NCBI GenBank assembly: GCA_030704615.1 | Contig: CM060734.1 | Span: 31,992,001 to 32,056,000, forward strand | Reading direction: 5' to 3' | Length of the DNA stretch: 64,000 nt | DNA from: Takakia lepidozioides | Lineage: Eukaryota; Plantae; Bryophyta | Translations under genes and position numbers: made by a program | Notes under the pieces: generated by a model | Databases searched by the model: none | What the model was told of the DNA's origin: nothing | Seen by the model: only the letters and a program-made list of their open reading frames with translations | Shown: positions 36,328 to 47,339 of the stretch, one piece after another | How positions within the stretch are numbered: position 1 is the first letter of the stretch | Layout: each line of letters begins with the position of its first letter

Positions 36328-36480
36328 AAGTATTTCTTAAATACCGGTAAGAGTTTCTCAAACCCACTTCTGCATAGTATTTCTCAAATACCAGTAAGAG
36401 TTTCTCAAAGCGAAACCCACTTCTGCATAGTATTTCTCAAATACCAGGAAATGTTTCTGAATGCGAAACCCACTGCTGCA
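36328..36480. repeat. ~50-bp tandem repeat x3
   Basis: agtatttctcaaatacc.g...gtttct...aaacccact.ctgca occurs three times. Confidence 0.85.
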
Positions 36481-36559
36481 CACGTTTGTGTCCATATCAC
36501 CAAGTCTGTCTCAAATACCATATACTTCAATTATCCAAATGTTCAACAGACTCGTAAAT

Positions 36560-37000
36560 TTTTTTTAGGATGGGTAGATCCAAAAGTTTCGCCTCCCGGT
36601 CATTTGGTTCATTGCAAATTATTGAGAGACAGGGGACTTCACACATTTGTTGGCATGGTGGGCTACTGTCTAAAAGACATCAATGAACCGCATTTCCGGT
36701 CTGTGCATAAGGGTATTGTTGCTGAGTAGATGCAACAGGGCATGGATGAATATGTCAAGTTCGGTGTATTTGCCTCAAAAAACCGGGTCTGCCTCTCACA
36801 CCAAAATATGTTGGAGCGTGCACAGATGTGGCATAAATACAAAATGCCTAAAAGCTCTCGGCTGCACTCCCTGCAGTTCTTCTTCACATGTTAAGGTCCG
36901 GGCAATTCTATTCTACAGCAGGGTGGGTGGTTCCATTCAAAAACAACGGCATGGACTACGAAAGATCCATATGTATTTGGAAATATATGGTTTCACCACA
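36560..37000 (+). pseudogene. Replitron-like HUH endonuclease/transposase fragment
   Basis: LGW..PPGHLVHCKLLRDRGLHTFVGMVGYCLKD (YxxK catalytic motif)..HF..*..EYVKFG..KNRVCLSHQNMLER../MLRSGQFY..WVVP. The HUH motif itself is absent. Confidence 0.7.
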
Positions 37001-37914
37001 AGAGCTCGCCATGTAGCAGAATTTTCTTTGAGGGCTCATCTGTTTTTTCTATGCTTCAGGATTTGACGGCTACAGGGGTTGCCAAAAACGTTGCTATCAC
37101 AACACTCTCATCGGATTGTAGCGGTTCACAAATTTTGGGTGCTTCTACTAATCGTGACAGCCTGCAGCCAGACTACATCCCGTTACTCTTCCATCTGTTT
37201 GTAGGCATCATGCCTTTTTAGAGCAGATGGGAGCTGTAGCAATGTAGCAACGGAGCAATAACACAAGGGAGCAATAACAGGGAAAAGGGGGGGCGGGGAA
37301 CAACAGAGCGGGAACAAGGGAGCGATGGAGGGGGAGCAAGGGCGTGGGAGCATGGAGGGTGGGACCTTGGGGGCGTGAAGCGCGAAGGAAGGGCTGCTAG
37401 ACAGGGATGGGGATTTGACCGTGGGCCCACGAGGGGCCTCTCCGGCGATAGTACCGGCAAGGCTTGCAAGCACGCATTCAACTTCATCCCATGTCTAGTG
37501 TAAGTAAATCATTATGGGGGATAAAATCCGGAAATTCGCCAAAAGTGCCCGTAGTTGAATATCGGGAGCCTGATTTTGTCAACATGGACCCGTTAAAACA
37601 TGCCACCTGTTACATAGCCACTTTCTTAAGACCTGGCACCTCGTTATTTTCGCCACAATGGCATTGGGGCCTTAAGGCGATTTTGGAAAAATGAAAAAAT
37701 GCAAAAACAGTCTTATGGGGACAGAATAGTTTTAATTTAAATCGACAAGCTTGAGGAAATATAACCCCATCAATCCCATGTTGTCATAAGGCAGCCATCA
37801 ACATGTAAACAACCTAAAAAAGTCCTCATCTCCACCATTATCCTAAACAATCCTATCCGCTGCTTTATATGCTACGTTATTGGCCCCTAAAGACAGCTTA
37901 AGTCGTGCGTTGGA

Positions 37915-38105
37915 TAGGGTAACCATAACAATAATATCATTAACATAATAATAGGGTAATAATAATAACATTACCATAACAATAGGGTAATAATAATAAT
38001 ATAACATTACCATAATAGTAGGGTAACCATAACAATAATAACATTACCATAATAGTAGGGTAACCATAGTAATAACTAAGAACACTACCATAATAATAGT
38101 AATTG
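37915..38105. repeat. Low-complexity taaccataa(c/t)aata/agggtaa array
   Basis: Degenerate short tandem repeats seen directly. Confidence 0.85.
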
Positions 38106-38695
38106 TTATTGAGAACTAAAGTAAGAGGATGGATGAATGTACCTTGAAGCAACCAAGGCCCTTCCCTGTTATTTACTATTATTATTATTTTGAGAAATCA
38201 AAACATTCTATAAATAAATGCGAAGGGAGAGGATTAAAAACCCTGAAAGCCATAGGCTCAAACACATAGAGATGAGTACGAGGGGCGGGGCATCGCCACC
38301 CAAGAAAAGAAATAACACACACAACGTTCAACTGAAGACACAAGCCTACGTTTAGGGTCAGTGAAAAGGGACCGCATCATGTAGCCCAGGCAAGCCACTG
38401 TTCACAAATCAGGCCCCTTAATTTTAGTGAGAGGAAAGAATAACCTCCTAGACCAATTGTGAGCTGTTTCTTGAAAAAGAAATATACTATTATCTTGGTG
38501 GCTTTGGTAGATTATTGTCTACTTTTGCCCAGCTTCGCTGACCTTGCTCTTTACCCGGCTCGCTGCTGTCTTGTTTTGGTCGGGAATGACCGTGTTTCTG
38601 CCTTATGGCTTCTTGAGGGTTTATATATATATCCTTAGAACGAAACCTGGGAGCGACAGCCCACAATTCAGGCCCTTGAGCAGGGGAAAAATAAC

Positions 38696-39197
38696 CAGTG
38701 TTGGGCGGATATAGAGTGATCCGGATATAACCCGTGGATCGGGATCCGGGCAGCTATTTGATATCCGACTATTATTAATATCTGGCGGATACATAAAACA
38801 GAGGATCCGGAGAGGATCCTACCCGCCGGATATAATAAGGATTAATAACCGTATTGTATCCGGACATATAGTCAAAATATCGGATCTCAACCGGATATAA
38901 GAAGGGTTAAGGAAAAAAATAAAAAATAATTTTTTATTAGAATTGTAATGATTTAAATTAATTAATTTTTTTAATTGTTTTTTTGTAATTCATATATACG
39001 GACTACTCTATAACCGCCATATATTATATTCTGAATATCCGGGCTTATTTATATCCAGCAGATTTAACTATGCGGCGGATATTAGAAATGCAGATTATTC
39101 TAATATCGGGATCCAAAGGATATATCATAAGTTCTCTAATTTGTCAAGTATCCGGACCCAGCGGATATTATAAAAAGCTAAGAACCGCCCAACACTG
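38696..39197. mobile_element. hAT-type MITE (502 bp)
   Basis: 13-bp TIR cagtgttgggcgg/ccgcccaacactg, perfect 8-bp TSD AAAATAAC, many subterminal cggata/atccgg motifs. Confidence 0.95.
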
Positions 39198-39244
39198 AAA
39201 ATAACCCCCTTTCTTTAGACACAGACCGCCATGAACAATCCAAT

Positions 39245-39325
39245 CCACACATGGGCAGAGCAGCGGATTCGAACCCCAAACCACCAGGGTGACACACTGT
39301 ACACTTACCAGCCCATGTGCAGACT
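39245..39325 (-). other. tRNA-derived SINE-like head
   Basis: B box ggttcgaatcc (39265-39275, minus strand) with a weak upstream A box. Confidence 0.35.
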
Positions 39326-40401
39326 TTTCCCTTGTAAAACGTAACAAGTGTGAAATTTCAAAAAATATATATATCGAAGTTGCGATCTGATTGGGTTTGG
39401 AAATTTTAAGAGTCAGAGAAAAAACAATTAAAAAAATAATTGTTTGCATGAAAAATGTCCGAATGGGTGGCTGCCCTTCCGGGTCAGCCGGGGCCGCCCG
39501 GCTGCCGCGGTGACCTCGCGACCCGTGATAGCCGTGAAGCACGTAGTATACGGTGGGCAGAGGTACCTAGTCCGTATCGATACAAACATACATACATACG
39601 GTTGGCGGGGTCGGCGGGGGGGCGCCGCCATGAGGTCACGTGGACAAAGGTTCTGACTTGCGCACATCTCTCGTCTCTCTCGTCGCTGGGCTGCTCTCGC
39701 TCTCTGTTGCTCGCTTGAGAGTCTTGCTGCCAGCCTCACTCTCATTCTCTAGTGTTTCTAGTGTGTTTCTAGTCTTGTTTGGCGGACAGCCAGTCTTGTC
39801 TGACTTTGTCTGTCCTCATCTCTGTCGTGGGGTCTTGTTTCAGCCCTAGCTCAGCCGTTTGTTGTTTGTGATAGTCTTTCTTCCCTCTTGGGTACTTCAG
39901 TCTGTCAGCTCTCTCTCCTTCTCTTCTAAGCTGGTTTACCAGCCCCTCCCCCCCGGCATGATATCTCTGGAATTTTAAGGGTGATTTTTTTCCCAATATA
40001 AATTCAGTGTGGTTGTGACAACTCCGTTTGCGTTATACTCTGGTTTCAGGTGCCAAAGCCTCTCTGTCCATCTGTTTCTCTTAGTCCAGTCCCTACCTTT
40101 TTCTATGGTCTTGTTTCTAAATCTTTGCTGCAACTTCTCCCGCGTGATTTCACCGCCCACGGAGCCGTACCTTCCATATTCGTGTTGGTTTAATCTGAGT
40201 TGCTGCGATGCACCTCCCAGGACTTGGGGTGAAGACGAGAAATGATGAAAAACCCACGGACTAATGCAGAGGACACCAAACGGGTGAACAGCTGGAGAAG
40301 GTAAGAAAGAGGCGCATAGAAGTGGAGAAGGCGAGGTGTTACTCGCGTAAGGGGGCGTGTATATAGAGAAAGACAGCGATAAAGCAAGTAGGTAGAGAGT
40401 G

Positions 40402-41511
40402 ATGGAATCACTTTCAGTGCTGCGCTTGAGCTCGCCATTGAATTCGCCTCGACGGCATCCGCCGCAGTTTTACACGGAAGATTGCGGAAGTTCGTATTCA
40501 ACTCCATATGCCAGTGCACCTTCCAGTCCACGGGCTTTTAGGAAGGAAGTTCAGGAAGCGCCCTTGGGCGAGGTTCGGGCGGCCATACCTTTCGTTTGGG
40601 AAAAAGCACCCGGGACACCCAGAGACAGTTCGGAGGAGAAGGAGGTTAGAGAAGATGAAGAGGATGGATCTGCAAGTGGGTCAGCAGGACCTTCCCGTGA
40701 ATCATCCATCTCCGAGTTCGAATTTAGTGCTCGATTCACCACAGTGGTGGATACATCAGCTGAAAATGCTGAGACCATGTCGACTGCGGATGAGCTTTTC
40801 TTCAAAGGCCAGATCTTACCCTTGCGGCTCCCGCCCCGGCTGCATGCAGTGAAGCATATGCTTGCATCGGATTCAACATCCTCAGATGACTCTAGTAGTG
40901 GGTCCTTCAATCTTGGAAGTGTTGCAGCCTCATCAGCCTCATCTGCTCCGCAATCGCCACGGTCATCCATAAGCCAAAATCCAGCTGGAAAAATCAGGGC
41001 TCTGTTTGGATTGTCGAATCCAGGGGAGTCCAAGGGCATCTTGGGCATGGAGGAACGATCATCGCGTGCAGACAGAGGCGGACAACGACGGAGTCGGTCT
41101 CTCTCCCCCTTACGCATGTTGAGAAGGGGAATTCCCGAGACCGAGCGAGAGGGGGATAACTTTTCCTTCGCGGAGTCTTCAGCTGTTGAGAAGAGTGGTG
41201 ATGGACCTAAGGATTTTTGGCCTAATTTCAAGGAGAAAAGATTCCAGAGGCGGACACTGAAGGACCTCCTACTCGCAGCTAGGGAGGCTCCAAACTCAAC
41301 AGATAAAAGTCCTCGTTCGCATGACTCTACAGAGAGGCCGAAATCCCTCCCTCGCATTTCAGAGTCTGGAACCGGCTTGGTAAAGAATGTGGACACAGAA
41401 GTTGCTACTGCTCTGCCCAGCGGAAGGAAAGGCTCGCTCCCTCGGTTTTTCTCTCGATTCTCAAAATCATCAAGGTCAGTAAATCTTCTGACCTCCTGTA
41501 GAAGAACTTAA
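40402..41511 (+). CDS. DUF1645-like Ser-rich plant protein
   Basis: Intact 369-codon ORF from ATG 40402. Motifs STPYASAPSSP, IPFVWEKAPGTPR, FEFSARF, MSTADELFFKGQILP, RSRSLSPLR. Possible splice donor AAG/GTCAGT near 41474. Confidence 0.8.
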   Translation: MESLSVLRLSSPLNSPRRHPPQFYTEDCGSSYSTPYASAPSSPRAFRKEVQEAPLGEVRAAIPFVWEKAPGTPRDSSEEKEVREDEEDGSASGSAGPSRESSISEFEFSARFTTVVDTSAENAETMSTADELFFKGQILPLRLPPRLHAVKHMLASDSTSSDDSSSGSFNLGSVAASSASSAPQSPRSSISQNPAGKIRALFGLSNPGESKGILGMEERSSRADRGGQRRSRSLSPLRMLRRGIPETEREGDNFSFAESSAVEKSGDGPKDFWPNFKEKRFQRRTLKDLLLAAREAPNSTDKSPRSHDSTERPKSLPRISESGTGLVKNVDTEVATALPSGRKGSLPRFFSRFSKSSRSVNLLTSCRRT

Positions 41512-44162
41512 CTTGGAAGGAGGTAGAGGGCGAAGAAATACAAGAAACTTATAATATTTAGAAGAGAAGAGCAACTGTAAGAGGAGGAGAAATAAAGAAA
41601 TTGTACTGGAGGCCCCTGAGATAATAGAAACCCAGAGCAACATACATCATACGGTGCCCGAAGAAGGCCGAGACCCAAGCTTTTATGTAGGTAAGCTGCT
41701 CACAAAGCTGAGAGCGAACAAACCCACAAAAGTACGTGATTAAGAGGTGCTTACAATATCAATTTCTTCTTTTACCATACCTGAAGTTTATGAGTTCCTC
41801 ACCTGGAAAAATCTCAGAATCTTTGCTAATGCAAGGAGAAAATTATGGAAACTGACCAGGAAATGCCTAGGATTTGTGGCCAAGTTTTGAAGATTTTCAT
41901 GCCAAGCGTTACGGACACTGAGCAAACAAAGCACCCCCAAAGCAGCAAAGATTAGTGCTTCCCATGCTATGCACTTCCTTCCAGTAGCTCATTTTAAGCG
42001 AAGTCTACAGTACAGAAAGCGTGGTCTAATGAGTACATTACTTTATCAGCAGAGGAAGCTCAGTATCTATCTCTCTCTCCACTCTCCCTATGTTTCTGTT
42101 TAAACTGTTCACAGGGTCTATATGGTGTGGACATAGTCGGAGGGCTTAGCATCTACCAGGATTAAATCCAACCTTTAGCCAGATGTTTTAGCATGTATCC
42201 ACATCTCAAGGGGGAGTTATATTTTGTCTGCAGCTCTTTGTGGAGTTTTACAGTTCATATCTTCCCCAAGTTATTGCTGTAACCTGTTCACCTTTCATGA
42301 TCCTTTGAGTGATATGTCAAACAATGACAGTATTCTATACTCGCCGAGATGGAGATGTCCTTGCAGCCTTTTAGCAGAAAGTGTATGTGTATCTTGGTGT
42401 TTTAATAATGATTATGGTTCCTTCCTTCCCTGCCGTTCTCTGCAATTTTGTTCTGATAAAGTGATAATTTCTTGGGCTTGGATTGTGACCAGGTCTCGGG
42501 CTGCTGTGTCATCCCAAGTTGATTCAGTGGGCACAATGGAGGAGCAATCTGGAAGATCAGTACTGCCTCACAAGATGGATTTACTGATAGTAGGCTGCAT
42601 GGGGTTGCCTCCATTAAAAAGATACGAAAAGTATGCTGGGCTGTATGTAAGTCCTTGAGAGCTCATGCCATTTCAGCATCGAACATTACTGCATGCAAGC
42701 AGCTGCCTCTACTATCTTTCATATTTGAATTTTGGAGACAGAAGGCCATGCCATGCTGAAGAGATAGAGTGAACCAGGGGTAAACACTGCCTGCATGGCA
42801 TGTATCAGCAAAGTCTCAACTTGTCAGAAGGCCTCGAATTGTGGGGTTAGTGTAAACCCAGGTAGAGTGTGCTGCTTGGGTTTTATCCAGGAGTGTGTGT
42901 ACATTGAGTCACTAGGATCATAGGATGTGAATCACGCAAGAAGGTGCTGATGCTGCTAGGTAGAGGCAACACACTGTTGCCATTGACAGAACATGAAGTA
43001 ATTGTAGAGGTCAAGCTGTACAGTGCTGCGTGAAGAGTGTGAACAAGTTTTGTATATCTGTCTCGGATTGCCTGTAGTTTGCCATGTGCTGATGATACAC
43101 TCTGGGCAAAAACTGTACATATAATACGAAGATCATACATATCTTGGAGAGATGTTCCACGATCTTTCCTTGACCCTATACCTAAACTAGTCTTACAGGG
43201 TTTCATCATAGACCTAAACTATCACAAATTCTCCAGGCATTCCTATGCACGAGACCTGGCTTGTGAGCGCCGAACACTCTAACAGACAAAGAAACATCTA
43301 GAGGGGTCAATGAATTGTTGTGCTGATCTTGCAAACACCTCACCCCACCATCGCTATCGCAAACAGCTTCAACCGTGGAACACCGAACACCGAGGCTTCA
43401 ACAAAATCTGGAATCCGAGAAGAGCAATCCTTCTGCACCACACCGCACACTGCAGCACTGCACTCGTATACTCAGAGCTTTCCACACCGTTTTAGGGCTC
43501 AAGCGGATGTATGAAAGACTAAATGGATGAATTTATGAATGAATGGATACGGTAGATGGATTGTGGAGCGAAATTGTGAATCTTCTCTCATCCATGCTTT
43601 ACGTAGATTCCTCGTTGCTCACATCCACATCCACATCCAGGAATCATCCCTCCTGTCGATGGTGGGAAGCAGAGAAGAGAGAGCGAGGGATTGTGGCTGC
43701 GGACGAGGTGTGGAGGAGAGGGCAGGGCAATGCGTTGATGCAGAGAAGAAGGGCAGTGGATTCGTGAAATGGGTCTGTAATAAGCTCCAGTTCCGCAGTC
43801 TCAAGCACTGTATTTTTGTGTAACTAGGGCACGTCTACGCACTTGAGTTTCTTGCTTCCGTTCTCATCAATTGTGCGGGGCTTCTGGCAATGGCTGCGAG
43901 GTAAAGACATGAACTTCGGAAAGGGGAGTGGGGGTTCGTCTGTTGGGCGATGGAGCATGGCGAAATGTAAGCAAAGGGGAGTGGGAGGATATGGTGGTGT
44001 TGCTTCGCAAGAGGTAGAAAGCAATCGAGGGCATACCCTCGGGCAATCGAGCGCCCCTAAGTATTCTTCGATTGCCAGAAGGTTTCTTGGGATTTGAAGC
44101 TGTTGTCAATTTCAAGAATCGCAGGACTTTATCTATAGCATCTGAAACTGACGAGAGGTACG

Positions 44163-45950
44163 ATGGCGCGCAGCAGTCGCCCAGCCACATGGAGGAAGGA
44201 ACAGCATCAGAGTATGGTAGCGGTACCGAATTTCCCTTTTCCGAACCCATCTTTGCCCGCCTTGTTCTCTGGCTTAGCTCAAACGGTGTGCCAGAATGTC
44301 ATGTCGGCGTTCCAGTCGTTAAAGAATCCAAGGGTGGAGGTACTGGAAAGCTTAAATTTCGTAGTGGCACAAAGGCCACTGGTATTGCCTTTTCTGTCCG
44401 TCAACTCGGTCTCTCCATCTCCAACGGCCTCGGCCTCTAGCTCGCCTCGAAAGGTGTTGTCAGCCAGAAGTCGGGTCTCCTCGAAAGAGCCCTCGAGTGA
44501 AGGAGGCGAAGTGTCAAGCACAGGGCCAGCCTTCATTGGCCAGGTGTTTACCATGTGCGATTCGTCAAGAAGGGGTCTAATAGGAGTCCGCCCGGTTGAT
44601 GCATTCAAGTCTTTGAAGCTACCACCTTATCTGCCATCATTCCTGACGAAGATGTCATCAGAATGGTTAGGAAAAGCCACTAATTTTTTCTTCAAAGAGG
44701 ACATGAGGGGTCCCGTGTTCCGATTCTACTTTGATAAAGATGAAGCCGCCGCGTACGTGAAGGGTTTGAATCTCTCTGGTAGTGTCATGGGATCATGCCC
44801 TCTGGATGCAGCTTACAAGTATGTTAAGGGAAAACCCCCCATGTTCAAGTTCATGCCAGATCAAATGCAGGTGCATATGGCAAAGCAATTACTTCGGAAG
44901 GACCGGGGAGGCAAAGCAGCCAAGAAGTTCAAAGGAGTTCCAGTGTTCACTGCCCGGAATCTGACAATAGCCATGTCTACTCCCAATGGTGTCCGTTGGT
45001 TTACACCCTACTTTTTTGATAAAAGGCAGCTGGACAGCTTGATTGGGCACTCGGTGGACCATTACTACCAGATGCTCATCCAGGCCCGTCGCAGCCAACG
45101 CCACAACCAAGTGATTGACAACAATAGTAGTGAACTCCCGGGTGATGTGATTGATGATGAACCTGACGGACTTCTTGATCCTCCTGAGGTCCAGGAGCTC
45201 ATGGAGGAGATGGGGCAGGGGGGCGGGGGCATGGAGTGGGTGGTGGTGAAGGCTTGTGAAGTGCAAGTTCAGGATATGGTGGACAGGGTGTTACTGGGCC
45301 ATCCATGGAGCCGACGTCTTGCTGGCCTTCAACCTAAGTTTCCAGTCCTTGTCGACTCCTTCGAACGTAGAGCTGCAGCTGCTGAGTTGGAGGTGATAGA
45401 GGAAGGAAAAAATAGGCTAGCAAAGACCGAGGTGATGACAGATAGTGAAGACAATGAGCGTCCCAGAAGCTCGGGGGGAGAGGAAGTGGGCAGTACCTCG
45501 GGGAGCGATGGAGTAGAGATGGGCCATGGGGATGTCAATGGGAGGACACAAAATAGTAGAGTAGCAAAGGAGCGCTTCAATCTTTTTGGAAGCAACACCA
45601 ATATTGGTTTCAAGAGAAAGGACTTGGGTGACGCTGCGAGCTTGGAGGAGGATTCGGACTTTGAGGGGGGAGAGCCAAGGCAGAAGGAAGAGCAAGAGGG
45701 TATGGAAAGATTGCAACCAAAGTTGACCATGATGGGCATTGCCATGAATGGGCCCGTGAATGGGAATGATGCAGTTCTGCAGAGAGCCATGGCAGCTGCG
45801 GCAAAAGACATTGAAGATCGTGTGCGTAAAGGAGAAGGATCTGGCCAAGAGCATGGCCCCCTTTTCATTGCAGATTTAGGGGCACCTCCTGAAGTTTGGG
45901 GTCGAGAAGCTTCCAGCTTTCCAGGTTGGGAGAGTGACGAAACTGATTAG
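44163..45950 (+). CDS. Tic22-like family protein (chloroplast), single exon
   Basis: Intact 595-aa ORF. Ser-rich N-terminus; GPAFIGQVFTMCD, GPVFRFYFD, CPLDAAY, GVPVFTARNLTIAMSTPNGVRWFTPYFFDK, LDPPEVQELMEE, PKLTMMGI resemble the land-plant Tic22-like subfamily. Confidence 0.85.
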   Translation: MARSSRPATWRKEQHQSMVAVPNFPFPNPSLPALFSGLAQTVCQNVMSAFQSLKNPRVEVLESLNFVVAQRPLVLPFLSVNSVSPSPTASASSSPRKVLSARSRVSSKEPSSEGGEVSSTGPAFIGQVFTMCDSSRRGLIGVRPVDAFKSLKLPPYLPSFLTKMSSEWLGKATNFFFKEDMRGPVFRFYFDKDEAAAYVKGLNLSGSVMGSCPLDAAYKYVKGKPPMFKFMPDQMQVHMAKQLLRKDRGGKAAKKFKGVPVFTARNLTIAMSTPNGVRWFTPYFFDKRQLDSLIGHSVDHYYQMLIQARRSQRHNQVIDNNSSELPGDVIDDEPDGLLDPPEVQELMEEMGQGGGGMEWVVVKACEVQVQDMVDRVLLGHPWSRRLAGLQPKFPVLVDSFERRAAAAELEVIEEGKNRLAKTEVMTDSEDNERPRSSGGEEVGSTSGSDGVEMGHGDVNGRTQNSRVAKERFNLFGSNTNIGFKRKDLGDAASLEEDSDFEGGEPRQKEEQEGMERLQPKLTMMGIAMNGPVNGNDAVLQRAMAAAAKDIEDRVRKGEGSGQEHGPLFIADLGAPPEVWGREASSFPGWESDETD

Positions 45951-47339
45951 GTAAACATGATCCATGGTGTTCTGGCGGTAGAAGCGACACAGTAGAAACA
46001 TAGTGTTTGTCATCTTTGGGTAGAGCAAATTAGAGTATCGGGTGTACATATGTGAGACTGCCAAGGAGGGCATGGCTTCTCTTGACTGGAAAGTGATTTT
46101 TTTTGTTCTTGTATAATATTCAGGCAAGGACTATCATCTTACCCTTCAACAGGAAGCTTCTACAGTATGGTGATGTACTACCCACTGTTTGGGTCTGTCT
46201 ACTTTCTCCAGCTATTATGGATCTCTCATCTCTTCCCCTCCTTATAAGTTGGACCGATGTCCTGCAGAATTGTGAAAGCAGGGTGCTGTCATGACATAGG
46301 TCATGACCTACTAAATTATAGATGTGCTCTGGATTGGAGATTTGTTAAAGAAAGGTGATCAGGAAGAATGGAGTAGCAGGCATAGAATCACATCTCTGGG
46401 TGTTATCTACCTAGTCATGTCTTGAAGAAATATGAAGCTTGTTTATTCAGCATCAATTTACGGAGCCCTACTGCTCAACGCACAACCCATCAAGTGGCCA
46501 ATGAATGGGCGAATTGAAGGATTGAACCCAGCATCACCCTGTCATGCACAAGCCACAACAACCCAACCACTGCTCTGCCTGCTCAAAATGCTGCTCAACA
46601 AGAAAGACAGCCTGATTGAACTGCTTCAGGTAGGCATAGGCAGGCAGAGGTAGGCCTCTGCTTCAGTAGCCCTCTGCCAGATTGAGCATGAAAGGAACAT
46701 GATCATTTGTCTGAAAGTCCGATTGGAAAGTAAAGATCACATTCATTTCAGAGTTCCAGACTCAAATCCACTAATGGAAAATCTTAAAAGTGCAAAACCT
46801 CTAAAAAATGTCTGCTTCTATTTGCTTGTAACTGAAAACTGCACCCAAACTAAATTGGCTTTGCCAGTGATGCTCAGACCAGTTCACACTGCAATTGAGT
46901 GAAGGGCCATTGGCATCAATTACATTACCTGTTTCGCATTTAATTTGTTCAGACCTTTACTAGCTGATTATACTGACCCTCACTTGTAGTCCGCAAAACC
47001 AGGTGCAACTTGGTCTTTTGTTGATTCCGTGGATAAAAATACCAAATGGGTCAAATTCTGACAACTCACATTTCTAACAAGTATACTGGTAGACAGGACT
47101 GGATCAAAGGTGGCCAACTAAAGAGCTTTTGCTCATGGCAACAAGGAGATTACCATGGAGTTCACAATACAAGCCATTACATATGCACAACTGGATGCAT
47201 GCCACTGGTCATGAGTCTGTTGCTTATTAGGTGGAAACTCTTGTTGTACAACGAGTTTCTGTGGATCTGCCATACCAATCACTGTCAGCTTCCATGCAGC
47301 CATGAAAACCCACACAGAAACATCAGTTGAAGAGAGGTG

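Noticed and set aside
40551-41396. Long antisense ORFs (40551-41396, 45329-45868, 19699-20292, 20644-21306)
   Set aside because: Shadow frames opposite real coding regions; no motifs.
41520-44160. Short ORFs between the DUF1645-like and Tic22-like genes
   Set aside because: No recognisable domains or consistent exon chain; likely UTR, intron or promoter sequence.
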